Assembly: GCF_006345805.1 (NCBI RefSeq)
Contig: NC_042998.1
Coordinates: 4,030,001 to 4,094,000, forward strand
Reading direction: 5' to 3'
Source of the DNA: Octopus sinensis
Lineage: Eukaryota
Length of the DNA stretch: 64,000 bases
Below the pieces are notes generated by a model. The model searched no databases and was not told the DNA's origin. It saw only the letters and a list, made by a program, of their open reading frames with translations. Positions 11,003 through 24,454 of this stretch are shown piece after piece (the first letter of the stretch is position 1; each line of letters starts with the position of its first letter). The translations under genes were made by a program, and so were the position numbers.

Positions 11003-14000
11003 GCAGTGAATGCAATGAATATTTAAATTTGCGAATTGGACGTAGTGAATGCAATGAATATTTAAATTTGTGAATTGGACGCAGTGAATGCAATGAACAT
11101 TTAAATTTGTGAATTGGACGCAGTGAATGCAATGAACATTTAAATTTATGAATTGGACGCAGTGAATGCAATGAATATTTAAATTTGTGAATTGGACGCA
11201 GTGAATGCAATGAATATTTAAATTTGTGAATTGGACGCAGTGAATGCAATGATATTTAAATTTGTGAATTGGACGCAGTGAATGCAATGAATTTTAAATT
11301 TGTGAATTGGACGCAGTGAATGCAATGAATATTTAAATTTGTGAATTGGACGCAGTGAATGCAATGAATATTTAAATTTGCGAATTGGACGCAGTGAATG
11401 CAATAAATATTTAAATTTGTGAATTGGACGCAGTGAATGCAATGAATATTTAAATTTGTGAATTGGACGCAGTGAATGCAATGAATATTTAAATTTGTGA
11501 ATTGGACGCAGTGAATGCAATGAATGTTTAAATTCGTGAATTGGACGCAGTGAATGCAATGAATATTTAAATTTATGAATTGGACGCAATGAATGCAATG
11601 AATATTTAAATTTGTGAATTGGACGCAGTGAATGCAATGAATATTTAAATTTGTGAATTGGACGCAATGAATGCAATGAATATTTAAATTTGTGAATTGG
11701 ACGCAGTGAATGCAATGAATATTTAAATTTGCGAATTGGACGCAGTGAATGCAATGAATATTTAAATTTGCGAATTGGACGCAGTGAATGCAATGAATAT
11801 TTAAATTTGTGAATTGGACGCAGTGAATGCAATGAATATTTAAATTTGTGAATTGGACGCAGTGAATGCAATGAATATTTAAATTTGTGAATTGGACGCA
11901 GTGAATGCAATGATATTTAAATTTGCGAATTGGACGCAGTGAATGCAATGAATATTTAAATTTGAATTGGACGCAGTGAATGCAATGAATATTTAATTTG
12001 CGAATTGGACGCAGTGAATGCAATGAATATTTAAATTGTGAATTGGACGCAGTCAATGCAATGAATATTTAAATTTGTGAATTGGACGCAGTGAATGCAA
12101 TGAATATTTAAATTTGTGAATTGGACGCAGTGAATGCAATGAATATTTAAATTTGCGAATTGGACGCAGTGAATGCAATGAATATTTAAAGTTGCGAATT
12201 GGACGCAGTGAATGCAATGAATATTTAAATTTGTGAATTGGACGCAATGAATGCAATGAATATTTAAATTTGTGAATTGGACGCAGTGAATGCAATGAAT
12301 ATTTAAATTTGTGAATTGGACGCAATGAATGCAATGAATATTTAAATTTATGAATTGGACGCAGTGAATGCAATGAATATTTAAAGTTGCGAATTGGACG
12401 CAGTGAATGCAATGAATATTTAAATTTATGAATTGGACGCAGTGAATGCAATGAATATTTAAATTTGTGAATTGGACGCAGTGAATGCAATGAATATTTA
12501 AATTTGTGAATTGGACGCAGTGAATGCAATGAATATTTAAATTTGAATTGGACGCAGTGAATGCAATGAACATTTAAATTTGTGAATTGGACGCAGTGAA
12601 TGCAATGATATTTAAATTTGTGAATTGGACGCAGTGAATGCAATGAATATTTAAATTTGTGAATGGACGCAGTGAATGCAATGAATGTTTAAATTCGTGA
12701 ATTGGACGCAGTGAATGCAATGAATATTTAAATTTATGAATTGGACGCAATGAATGCAATGAATATTTAAATTTGTGAATTGGACGCAGTGAATGCAATG
12801 ATATTTAAATTTGTGAATTGGACGCAATGAATGCAATGAATATTTAAATTTGTGAATGGACGCAGTGAATGCAATGAATATTTAAATTTGTGAATTGGAC
12901 GCAGTGAATGCAATGAATATTTAAATTTGCGAATTGGACGCAGTGAATGCAATGAATATTTAAATTTGCGAATTGGACGCAGTGAATGCAATGAATATTT
13001 AATTTGTGAATTGGACGCAGTGAATGCAATGAATATTTAATTTGTGAATTGGACGCAGTGAATGCAATGAATATTTAAATTGTGAATTGGACGCAGTGAA
13101 TGCAATGAATATTTAATTTGCGAATTGGACGCAGTGAATGCAATGAATATTTAATTTGCGAATTGGACGCAGTGAATGCATGAATATTTAAATTTGCGAA
13201 TTGGACGCAGTGAATGCAATGAATATTTAAATTTGTGAATTGGACGCAGTCAATGCAATGAATATTAAATTTGTGAATTGGACGCAGTGAATGCAATGAA
13301 TATTTAATTTGTGAATTGGACGCAGTGAATGCAATGAATATTTAAATTGTGAATTGGACGCAGTGAATGCAATGAATATTTAATTTGTGAATTGGACGCA
13401 GTGAATGCAATGAATATTTAAATTTGTGAATTGGACGCAGTGAATGCAATGAACATTTAAATTTGTGAATTGGACGCAGTGAATGCAATGAATATTTAAA
13501 TTTGTGAATTGGACGCAGTGAATGCAATGAATATTTAAATTTGTGAATTGGACGCAGTGAATGCAATGAATATTTAAATTTGCGAATTGGACGCAGTGAA
13601 TGCAATGAATATTTAAATTTGTGAATTGGACGCAGTGAATGCAATGAATATTTAAATTTGTGAATTGGACGCAGTGAATGCAATGAATATTTAAATTTGT
13701 GAATTGGACGCAGTGAATGCAATGAATATTTAAATTTGTGAATTGGACGCAGTGAATGCAATGAATATTTAAATTTGTGAATTGGACGCAGTGAATGCAA
13801 TGAATATTTAAATTTGCGAATTGGACGCAGTGAATGCAATGAATATTTAAATTTGTGAATTGGACGCAGTGAATGCAATGAATATTTAAATTTGTGAATT
13901 GGACGCAGTGAATGCAATGAATATTTAAATTTGTGAATTGGACGCAATGAATGCAATGAATATTTAAATTTGCGAATTGGACGCAGTGAATGCAATGAAT

Positions 14001-16706
14001 ATTTAAATTTGTGAATTGGACGCAGTGAATGCAATGAATATTTAAATTTGCGAATTGGACGCAGTGAATGCAATGAATATTTAAATTTGCGAATTGGACG
14101 CAGTGAATGCAATGAATATTTAAATTTGTGAATTGGACGCAGTGAATGCAATGAATATTTAAATTTGTGAATTGGACGCAGTGAATGCAATGAATGTTTA
14201 AATTTGTGAATTGGACGCAGTGAATGCAATGAATATTTAAATTTATGAATTGGACGCAATGAATGCAATGAATGTTTAAATTTGTGAATTGGACGCAGTG
14301 AATGCAATGAATATTTAAATTTGTGAATTGGACGCAATGAATGCAATGAATATTTAAATTTGTGAATTGGACGCAGTGAATGCAATGAATGTTTAAATTC
14401 GTGAATTGGACGCAGTGAATGCAATGAATATTTAAATTTATGAATTGGACGCAATGAATGCAATGAATATTTAATTTGTGAATTGGACGCAGTGAATGCA
14501 ATGAATATTTAAATTTGTGAATTGGACGCAATGAATGCAATGAATATTTAATTTGTGAATTGGACGCAGTGAATGCAATGAATATTTAAATTTGCGAATT
14601 GGACGCAGTGAATGCAATGAATATTTAAATTGCGAATTGGACGCAGTGAATGCAATGAATATTTAAATTTGTGAATTGGACGCAGTGAATGCAATGAATA
14701 TTTAAATTTGTGAATTGGACGCAGTGAATGCAATGAATATTTAAATTTGTGAATTGGACGCAGTGAATGCAATGAATATTTAAATTTGCGAATTGGACGC
14801 AGTGAATGCAATGAATATTTAAATTTGCGAATTGGACGCAGTGAATGCAATGAATATTTAAATTTGCGAATTGGACGCAGTGAATGCAATGAATATTTAA
14901 ATTTGTGAATTGGACGCAGTCAATGCAATGAATATTTAAATTTGTGAATTGGACGCAGTGAATGCAATGAATATTTAAATTTGTGAATTGGACGCAGTGA
15001 ATGCAATGAATATTTAAATTTGCGAATTGGACGCAGTGAATGCAATGAATATTAAAGTTGCGAATTGGACGCAGTGAATGCAATGAATATTTAAATTTGT
15101 GAATTGGACGCAATGAATGCAATGAATATTTAAATTGTGAATTGGACGCAGTGAATGCAATGAATATTTAAATTTGTGAATTGGACGCAATGAATGCAAT
15201 GAATATTTAAATTTATGAATTGGACGCAGTGAATGCAATGAATATTTAAAGTTGCGAATTGGACGCAGTGAATGCAATGAATATTTAAATTTATGAATTG
15301 GACGCAGTGAATGCAATGAATATTTAAATTTGCGAATTGGACGCAGTGAATGCAATGAATATTTAAATTTGTGAATTGGACGCAGTGAATGCAATGAATA
15401 TTTAAATTTGTGAATTGGACGCAGTGAACGGAATGAATGTTTAAATTTGTGAATTGGACGCAGTGAATGCAATGAATATTTAAATTTATGAATTGGACGC
15501 AATGAATGCAATGAATATTTAAATTTGTGAATTGGACGCAGTGAATGCAATGAATATTTAAATTTGTGAATTGGACGCAATGAATGCAATGAATATTTAA
15601 ATTTGTGAATTGGACGCAGTGAATGCAATGAATATTTAAATTTGTGAATTGGACGCAGTGAATGCAATGAATATTTAAATTTGTGAATTGGACGCAGTGA
15701 ATGCAATGAATATTTAAAGTTGCGAATTGGACGCAGTGAATGCAATGAATATTTAAATTTATGAATTGGACGCAGTGAATGCACTGAATATTTAAATTTA
15801 TGAATTGGACGCAGTGAATGCAATGAATATTTAAATTTATGAATTGGACGCAGTGAATGCAATGAATATTTAAATTTATGAATTGGACGCAGTGAATGCA
15901 ATGAATATTTAAATTTGTGAATTGGACGTAGTGAATGCAATGAATATTTAAATTTATGAATTGGACGCAGTGAATGCAATGAATATTTAAATTTGTGAAT
16001 TGGACGCAGTGAATGCAATGAATATTTAAATTTATGAATTGGACGCAGTGAATGCAATGAATATTTAAATTTGTGAATTGGACGCAGTGAATGCAATGAA
16101 TATTTAAATTTGTGAATTGGACGCAGTGAATGCAATGAATATTTAAATTTGCGAATTGGACGCAGTGAATGCAATGAATATTTAAATTTGTGAATTGGAC
16201 GCAGTGAATGCAATGAATATTTAAATTTGCGAATTGGACGCAGTGAATGCAATGAATATTTAAATTTGTGAATTGGACGCAGTGAATGCAATGAATATTT
16301 AAATTTGCGAATTGGACGCAGTGAATGCAATGAATATTAAATTTGTGAATTGGACGCAGTGAATGCAATGAATATTTAAATTTGCGAATTGGACGCAGTG
16401 AATGCAATGAATATTTAAATTTGCGAATTGGACGCAGTGAATGCAATGAATATTTAAATTTGCGAATTGGGCGCAGTGAATGCAATGAATATTTAAATTT
16501 GCGAATTGGACGCAGTGAATGCAATGAATATTTAAATTTGCGAATTGGACGCAGTGAATGCAATGAATATTTAAATTTGCGAATTGGACGCAGTGAATGC
16601 AATGAATATTTAAATTTGTGAATTGGACGCAGTGAATACAATGAACATTTAAATTCATGAATTGGACGCAGTGAATGCAATGAATATTTAAATTTACGAA
16701 TTGGAC
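11003..16706. repeat. 39-bp satellite array, about 146 units
   Basis: Unit GCAGTGAATGCAATGAATATTTAAATTTG(T/C)GAATTGGAC, highly homogeneous, with scattered 1-2 bp deletions. Confidence 0.98.
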
Positions 16707-17129
16707 CCAGAGAAGAAATTGGAATTAAAAAAAATTCAAAAAACTTGAGAATCGAAATTAAAGGAAATTTGAGAACATGAATTTATAAAAATATTTCCAG
16801 ATGGTTAATCCTTTAATAATTGCTGTCTTTCAGTATATTTTAGTACATTTAGTAAGTGTTACATACCTAATTAATAAGCCGCTTTCTCCATAGTATAGAT
16901 ATACATCATGTTGGTATGTATTCGCGTATGCGTAAGTGTTTTGTTGTGGTCGTTATTTATTGTATATTACTCTGTCATATGACGAGATAATGTTCTCAAT
17001 TTCCACCTGTATTTTTTCTGTCATGATTTACGATCAGTTATTATCTGTGAATCTATGTCTTTCTATCTCCTTGTACAGGTGTGTAAAAGAGAGATAGGCA
17101 TATTAACGACAGCATTTGCAGACAAGTAG

Positions 17130-17161
<32 letters not shown>

Positions 17162-17290
17162 ACACACAAACACACATACACACACAAACACTCTCACACA
17201 CGCATGCACGCACACACACACGATTATATATATCATACACAACGAATTAAAGCAGATACATATTTAGACGCATTCACAGGCGCATTTGAA

Positions 17291-17324
<34 letters not shown>

Positions 17325-18751
17325 TCTATCTATCCATCTATCTATCTATTATCGTATGTCTGCATATGTTTGTGCACGAATGTGAGTGTGCAACCATTTG
17401 AATGCATTGTGTATGAAAAAAATATGTGCGCCAGCGCCTGTGTGCGTGTGTGTGTGTGTGTATCTTCGTATATACATATATATTTATATATCTATATCGA
17501 TTTATATCGTTAGTACTGTTGTCCATTATTGTGTTACACTTTACTATATTATATTGCTAGTCTCTTCTGTCGATTTCAAAGCCTGAGCGTTCACTTGTTC
17601 GATCAACAGAGCAGCTATTCAATTAAATCACCGGCCTAAGTGGCCTAGTATTCATAGCTTCGTGTACTCTTAATATAACACCCAAACAGAATCAGCCTGA
17701 TATAGTGCATCAAAACTTGTCATTTGCATTCCAAGTACAGTCTATCCAACAGACTACTGCACAGTTTCCGCTTTCCAAAATTCACTCACGAGCATTCAGT
17801 CGACACGAAGCTATGGCAAAGATACTTCACTTCTACAAGATTCAACTTAGTGAGATCTACGTTTGTACTTCAGGGTTGCAAAAAGAACTTCTTAACCGTT
17901 CAACGATACCTATGTTAGCATTATATATTATACCTTATGTCATAGTATTTTCCACAGCAGAATCGTTGGACCATCGAACAAAATAGCATACAGTATTCAG
18001 TTAACGCGTAGCACACTCTGAGTTCAAATCTCAGACCATTTGATGTATATCCTGTTGTTTGAATAATAGAGTGCACAAAGCTGAAAGTAAATTTTAGGTA
18101 CTTCATTTTTAAAATTCCTTACTTGTGGTCCAAAGATGGCGTTTATTTTCTTATCATATTTATGTCAAGTGAGCGGCAGATTTCTTCGTTATTTTGTTGT
18201 TCTAGACAACAATATCAGATCGATTGTTTTTATTAGGTTGCTGTTTATATTCTTAGATTCTACCAATTTTTATCAGATTCTTTTCATTCATCTGCTTCAA
18301 TATGTTCATCGTTATTTGACATTCTTTTTTTTTTCCACTAGATTCCATATTATTTTAGATAACATTTTAGAATCTACGTCTAAAAAATATTTTCTCACGG
18401 TTGGTAATGACGTCCAAATGTCTTGATTGGTTTTTACAGCTGATGTTCTCTATATTTAATGCAAAAGGTCTTTGAGGATTTCTTCCATCTGGATTGCATA
18501 GACAGTCTTTAAGGGTGAGAAGTAAAAAGCTTGACTGCACTTCATGACAAGCCCTTACAGAGGTGTATTCCCTGTGAGTTCTATATTTTTTGTTTCAGGG
18601 GCCATGTACTGTCTTCTTAGTGAACAGATCTGCTTATTAAAAACAATTTTGTTATAATGTTATGCCGTCGTGTTTTTCAAGTAGAGAGATCGGTATATTG
18701 TGAACAATAAGAATTGTTGTATATCATACAGTGTAAAAATATTAAATAATA

Positions 18752-19147
18752 GGCGCAGGAGTGGCTGTGTGGTAAGTAGCTTGCTAACCAACCACATGGT
18801 TCCGGGTTCAGTCCCACTGCGTGGCATCTTGGGCAAGTGTCTTCTGCTATAGCCCCGGGCCGACCAATGCCTTGTGAGTGGATTTGGTAGACGGAAACTG
18901 AAAGAAGCCTGTCGTATATATGTATATATATATATTAATGTGTGTGTGTTTGTGTTTGTCACCCTAGCATTGCTTGACAACCGATGCTGGTGTGTTTACG
19001 TCCCCGTTACTTAGCGGTTCGGCAAAAGAGACCGATAGAATAAGTACTGGGCTTACAAAAAGAATAAGTCCCGGGGTCGAGTTGCTCGATTAAAGGTGGT
19101 GCTCCAGCATGGCCGCAGTCAAATGACTGAAACAAGTAAAAGAGAGA
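18752..19147 (+). mobile_element. tRNA-type SINE family A, full length
   Basis: GGCGCAGGAGTGGCTGTGTGG (A-box-like) and GGTTCAGTCCC (B-box-like) head, internal (TA/TG)n, 3' ...gactgaaacaagtaaaaga; many related copies in the window. Confidence 0.9.
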
Positions 19148-20155
19148 GTAATCTTCTATTCTGGATCTTTAACGATTCAAGGGTGTATGTGTGTGTTTGG
19201 CAGTAGATATAAGAATGCTTGGTGGTTTAAAAGTATATGTACACTGACGTGACAGCATTGACAATGTACCTCAGTCAAATATTTGCGTGCTATAACAAAG
19301 AAGCGAGTTGGTCACCTGTAGTGGCGAGTGGTAACGATGGATTCTCGCTGTGGTTGTTGCCGATGTAGTGAAATAATGACGGTGGTGGAAACAGCTTTGA
19401 TCTGAAGAAAGTGAGACGGTTCAATGATGTGTTTGTAGGATGCAAATCTGAATAACCACTGTTTGCTTCTATATATACTCGAGATTGACAGGATTAATTA
19501 TGAAAGAGGACACGAAAGGTCGAGTTGAAATTTCGATTGGTTAACAGAGGTCGTAAGGTACAGAAGGGAACAATATCTTTGTTTCTAACGCAGGGAAAAG
19601 ATTAATAAAACAAACGTAAGTAGGGGAAAATGCCGAGGTCTACAGTCAGTGAATTAAGGTATTAGTAGTTCGGATCTTGGATACATTTTTAGTTACAGTG
19701 TCAATTTGATTTATTTTCAATATTCCTTAGGGCGAATTACACATCAGTTTCTGTTTCTCTCCTCTTCATTAACTGCCGCAACAATGTTTTTGATTTCGCT
19801 CATGCTAAGATGAGTGAGATAACCGCGAGGCCTTTTCTCAGCGGGTATGTTTCTTCAGCATTACAATCAGGGTTACATACAATATTAACATAACTTAGAA
19901 TGAGAAGTAAGGTCTGTAAGTGCATTCACAGAAATGTCAAGGTACATCAGTAAACACAAAAGAGTTTTTGTGTTGTTGCATCCACCGCATTAGATTCTTT
20001 TATCAGCCATTTCAAAAGGGCAACATGTAGGCGTCAAAATAAATATGGCAAAAATTTTGTTTCAGGCGGAGAGTTATTTGTGATGATCACATCTTCCTTT
20101 ACTCCCTTGACTATCAATTATTGTCCCTTCTTTATTAATGGTTACATGATGAATT

Positions 20156-20784
20156 ACGACGGCGGTGAGCTGGCAGAAGTGTTAGCATGCCGGTCGAAAC
20201 GCTTAGCGGTATTTCGTCTGCCGTTACGTTCTGAGTTCAAATTCCGCCGAGGTCGACTTGCTTTTCATCCTTTCGGGCTCGATAAATTAAGTACCAGTTA
20301 CGCACTGGGGTAGATATATATTTCTTTATTGCCCACAAGGGGCTAAACATAGAGGGGACATACAAGGACAGACAAAGGAATTAAGTTAATTACATCGACC
20401 CCAGTGCGAAACTGGTACTTAATTTATCAACCGCGAAAGGATGAAAGGCAAAGTCGACCTCGGCGGAATTTGAACTCAGAACGTAATGACAGACGAAATA
20501 CCGCTAAGCATTTTGCCCGGCGTGCTAACGTGTCTGCCAGCTCTTGTCTGTCCTTGTTTGTCCTCTCTGTGTTTAGCCCCTTGTGGGTAGTAAAGAAATA
20601 GGTATTTCATCTGCTGCTACGTTCTGAATTCAAATTCCGCCGAGGTCGACTTTACCTTTCATCCTTTCGGGGTCGATAAATTAAGTACCAGTTACGCACT
20701 GGGGTCGATGTAATCGAATTAATCCGTTTGTCTGTCCTTGTTTGTCCCCCCTGTGTTTAGCCCCTTGTGGGTAGTAAAGAAATA
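20156..20784 (+). mobile_element. Composite SINE family B: (+) dimer interrupted by an inverted copy (20320-20543)
   Basis: 16-bp TSD GGTTACATGATGAATT at 20140-20155 and 20785-20800. Confidence 0.85.
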
Positions 20785-21138
20785 GGTTACATGATGAATT
20801 GTTGTTGACTTAGTGGGGAGTGTCTCCTCTTTCGTAGCCTACCACTAGTTTCAGAGACAGGACAAAGCTATATGACTATGTAACTGTTGGCATTTAAAGT
20901 TGATCTTGTAGTGTATATCACTATTTGTTGATTCTTGCACAGCAAAACTAATAGGTTCTGCTGATTCTGTCGGTTTAGCTACATGAATCAATTTGCATTT
21001 CACTGCAGGTTTCGTTCATAAGTCTAGTTCTGTTTGTTATTTCAGAGATGTTTCAGTCGTAGCGTAAAACCAAAGTGTTGAGGCTCTAATCGTACATTGA
21101 ACTCATACAACTATTTCTTAGTGTCATAATATCACTGG

Positions 21139-21616
21139 GCGGAATTCCGCTTAACGTATGGCATATAGCCCATCTTATCTTTTAATTTTGGGGAATTTTC
21201 AGAAACTTTTTTTGAATTTGTGTTCTACACACGGGGATTCATACGCCTGTGCATCTTTTTGATTTTTCGAATTATTTAAAAAGAAATCAGTTTAAAATAC
21301 CGATAGTTCGAATTTTTGAATTAAATCACAGCAATAGACCATTAAATGTGTTTATAAGGAGAAAGATATTGAAAAAGCATCAATACGCCAGAGTGACAAG
21401 CAAACGAGGACGGTATGAGGTGGTCGTAAGATGTGCTAAAAATAACAGCTAAATATGACTTAAATAGCACAAACAATTTTTGTGTGTGTGTGTGGTTGCA
21501 TAGTCGTATGATTTCCAGTGTGTAGAACACAAATTCGCAAAACTTATCTGAAAATTCTAAAAAAAAAAAAAAAAATTATGAGGGGTTAATATGCTGTGCG
21601 TAAAGCATAATTTCGC
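21139..21616. mobile_element. TIR MITE with about 115-bp imperfect inverted arms
   Basis: 21139-21255 versus the reverse complement of 21495-21616 (shared gaattttcaga...gaatttgtgttctacacac...tcatacg). Confidence 0.7.
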
Positions 21617-21620
21617 TTTT

Positions 21621-22043
21621 GGTACTTTTTAGTTATCTAACCCCCATTAAAAAAATTGACATTAAAAATTGGGTTATCTCCCCACTAAAAAGTAGAGTTT
21701 ATGTGATGACAAGAGATTGAATTAAGAGGGTTAGATCCTTTTGATTCGATACTTCAACACATTATTGACTTTTGGCCTCGTCAATAGGCATGGGGTGATT
21801 TGTTATAAAAATGTTATTAGATTCAATAAGACGTTTAATCTTTTCACTTTTCATGTTTATTAATTTTTTCAGTTTTGTATGATTTGTTATAAAAATATTA
21901 TCAGATTCAATAAGACGTTTAATATTTTCGCTTTTCATGTTTATTAATTGTTTCATTTTCTGCTTTATTGAAGGATAAACAATTTGTTTTAGTTGGGGGA
22001 GATAACCCATTTTTTAATGGGGGTGAGATAATCAAAAAGTACC
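21621..22043. mobile_element. MITE with GGTAC termini and 8-bp TSD (Merlin-like)
   Basis: About 60-bp TIRs GGTACTTTTT..TTATCT.ACCCCCATTAAAAAA; TSD TCGCTTTT/TCGCCTTT (21613-21620, 22044-22051); internal tandem duplication of about 84 bp at 21797-21963. Confidence 0.7.
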
Positions 22044-22698
22044 TCGCCTTTCACTGAATACTGTAGCTATAGTTACGATTTAGACGAAGGAGACTTACTT
22101 TTCATGTGTTTTATTTAAAGTTAATTTCAATTTAATTTTAAATAGACGATGATGTCTTTAAAATTTCTAATTAATTTTAGGCGATTCAGACTAAAGTTAT
22201 TCACAGGCCGAGATTTCTGCTTCTTAAATGTCGATTTAATTCTACGATTGTAACTGAATGTACTTGCAGCACGTGGTGATTGTGTCTGAAGCGTTATTTG
22301 GCTTATTTATATTTGTAAGTGTGCATGCGTGTGTATGTATATAAATGGATGTATATATATATATATTTATGCGCATCTGTTCACCCACACATACATACAC
22401 ACGTACACATACACTTATATACATATATTATTATATATGTGGATGGATGTACTTTGATGGGTATGCGTGCGTATGAATGTTGAACGCACGCATAGTCTCA
22501 TACATGCATGTAGACAGAAACAGAAATAGCACACAGATAACTGATCATAAATCCTAAAGCAAAAACAGGTGGAGACTGAAAAAAAAATATTAAATACAGC
22601 TGACAGAACCATGTACAAGAAATAATTGAAACATAATAATAATAACATATGTGGCTCTCTCTCTCTCTCTGTACACACACACACACACACATACACAC

Positions 22699-22792
<94 letters not shown>

Positions 22793-23021
22793 GGCGCAGG
22801 AGTGGCTGTGTGGTAAGTAGCTTGCTAACCAACCACATGGTTCCGGGTTCAGTCCCACTGCGTGGCATCTTGGGCAAGTGTCTTCTACTATAGCCTCGGG
22901 CCAACCAAAGCCTTGTGAGTGGATTTGGTAGACGGAAACTGAAAGAAGCCTGTCGTATATATGTATATATATATATATGTATGTGTGTGTATATGTTTGT
23001 GTGTCTCTGTTTGTCCCTCTA

Positions 23022-23022
<1 letters not shown>
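22793..23022 (+). mobile_element. SINE family A, 5' half
   Basis: Near-identical to 18752-18968. Confidence 0.9.
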
Positions 23023-23072
<50 letters not shown>

Positions 23073-23075
<3 letters not shown>

Positions 23076-23201
23076 CGACGGGATTCTTTCGACCCGAGTC
23101 TATAGTAGAAGACACTTGCTCAAGGTACCACGCAGTGGGACTGAACCCGGAAGCATGTGGTTGGTAAGCGAGCTACTTACCACACAGCCACTCCTGCGCC
23201 T
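23073..23201 (-). mobile_element. SINE family A, 5' part with internal deletion
   Basis: Reverse complement of the family A head; forms an inverted pair with 22793-22900. Confidence 0.9.
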
Positions 23202-23214
23202 ATATATATATATA

Positions 23215-23345
23215 TAGTTCAGATTCGCAGAAAACAAAAAAGGTGGGAGAACAACATGCAGGTTTATTAGTTTGATACTTGGAAAGAATGGAGAAGTCTT
23301 TGAAATTTTGAGCCTACGTTCTTCGACAGATAGGACTGAAAAGAA
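23215..23345 (-). mobile_element. Family G repeat with degenerate hammerhead-like core
   Basis: Reverse complement reads ctgtcgaagaacgtaggctcaaaatttcaaagac, related to 31233-31266. Confidence 0.6.
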
Positions 23346-23353
23346 TATAAATA

Positions 23354-23404
<51 letters not shown>

Positions 23405-23405
<1 letters not shown>

Positions 23406-23900
23406 ATATTAAATACAAAAGGGGACAAGAACGCAAAACGTCCAGTCAGTTAGGTGATACAAAAAAAGGACAACAAAGCATCGAGATAGACTATAAAAAG
23501 AAAACAAGGACAACTCATTCGGAGTTTTCTTTCCTCAGTCGAGTTCCAGATTATCTTTGCAATTTCGGTGGGTTATACTCGGGATTGCTCCAATCTGGCC
23601 AACCCCAAGGAGAAACTAAGCTAAGCGCATTAGATTCTTGAAAGTAAGCAGCGAATGTATACGAACACAAGGACGGAAAAAAACGGTGAATGTTACACAA
23701 ATACAAAAAAAAGGACATAACAATAGGTGTCTTTCGACTAAGGACGAATTAAATTAAGCTGGCGTGTGTGGAAAATAAAACCTTACGGTAGAGATACAAG
23801 ATTTCACAGGCACGGGGAGGAATATAGATGTTGCGTGGACGACGGCCGAACCAAGAAAGAAAGATCAGGCTTGGCCGAACACCGGTCATGTGGAGAGAGA
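23405..23900 (-). mobile_element. Dispersed repeat 'family F' (class uncertain)
   Basis: Shares aatgcgcttagcttag...ggttggccagattggagcaatc...gcgttcttgtccc with 36615-36790 (+) and 24240-24335 (-). Confidence 0.6.
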
Positions 23901-24165
23901 AGAGAGAGAGGTAGAGGTAGAGGTAGAGGTCGAGGTAGAGGCAAAGAAACAGAAGAATTAAGGAGGGTATGAGAAAAAATGACAGAGACACAGTGATGTG
24001 AAAAGAGGAGGGAAAATGAGCAAGAAGAGAAGGCAGAGAAATGTGAGAGAGGTGAAACGAAGGAACGAATAAGAGTGAATGGGCTGATAGAAAGAAAGAA
24101 TAGAGTCGTACAAGATTTAGATAAATATATACTTACATATAAGAGACAAAAGTGTACGTACGCCG

Positions 24166-24243
<78 letters not shown>

Positions 24244-24413
24244 CAAAATGGGACAAGAACGCAAACCATCCAGTTAGACGATACAAAGAAAACAAGGACG
24301 GGTCAATCGGAGATTATCTTTGCAATTTCGGCTGGTTTTATATATATATATATATATATACACATATATACACGCACACACACACACACACACGCACACA
24401 CACACACACACAC

Positions 24414-24454
<41 letters not shown>

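Noticed and set aside
10890-16680. Long minus-strand ORFs (up to 516 aa) of (HSLRPIHKFKYSL)n and (HCIHCVQFTNLNI)n, superficially a His/Cys metal-binding repeat protein
   Set aside because: 39 bp equals 13 codons, so stop-free frames arise automatically. Frequent 1-bp deletions switch frames, and there is no unique N- or C-terminal domain or splice context.
11003-16706. CRISPR-like array
   Set aside because: Units are directly contiguous with no unique spacers, no cas genes are present, and the context is eukaryotic.
18752-18830. tRNA genes at SINE heads
   Set aside because: A/B-box-like sequences are present, but there is no cloverleaf and they continue into SINE bodies.
19150-20130. Possible highly decayed CR1-type LINE on the minus strand
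   Set aside because: Only scattered weak similarities, needing many frameshifts; no diagnostic motif recovered.
23505-23540. Family F CTGAGGA..CCGAAT (and CTGAAGA..TTCGAAT at 36708) as hammerheads
   Set aside because: GAAU instead of GAAA and no clean stem II in either copy.
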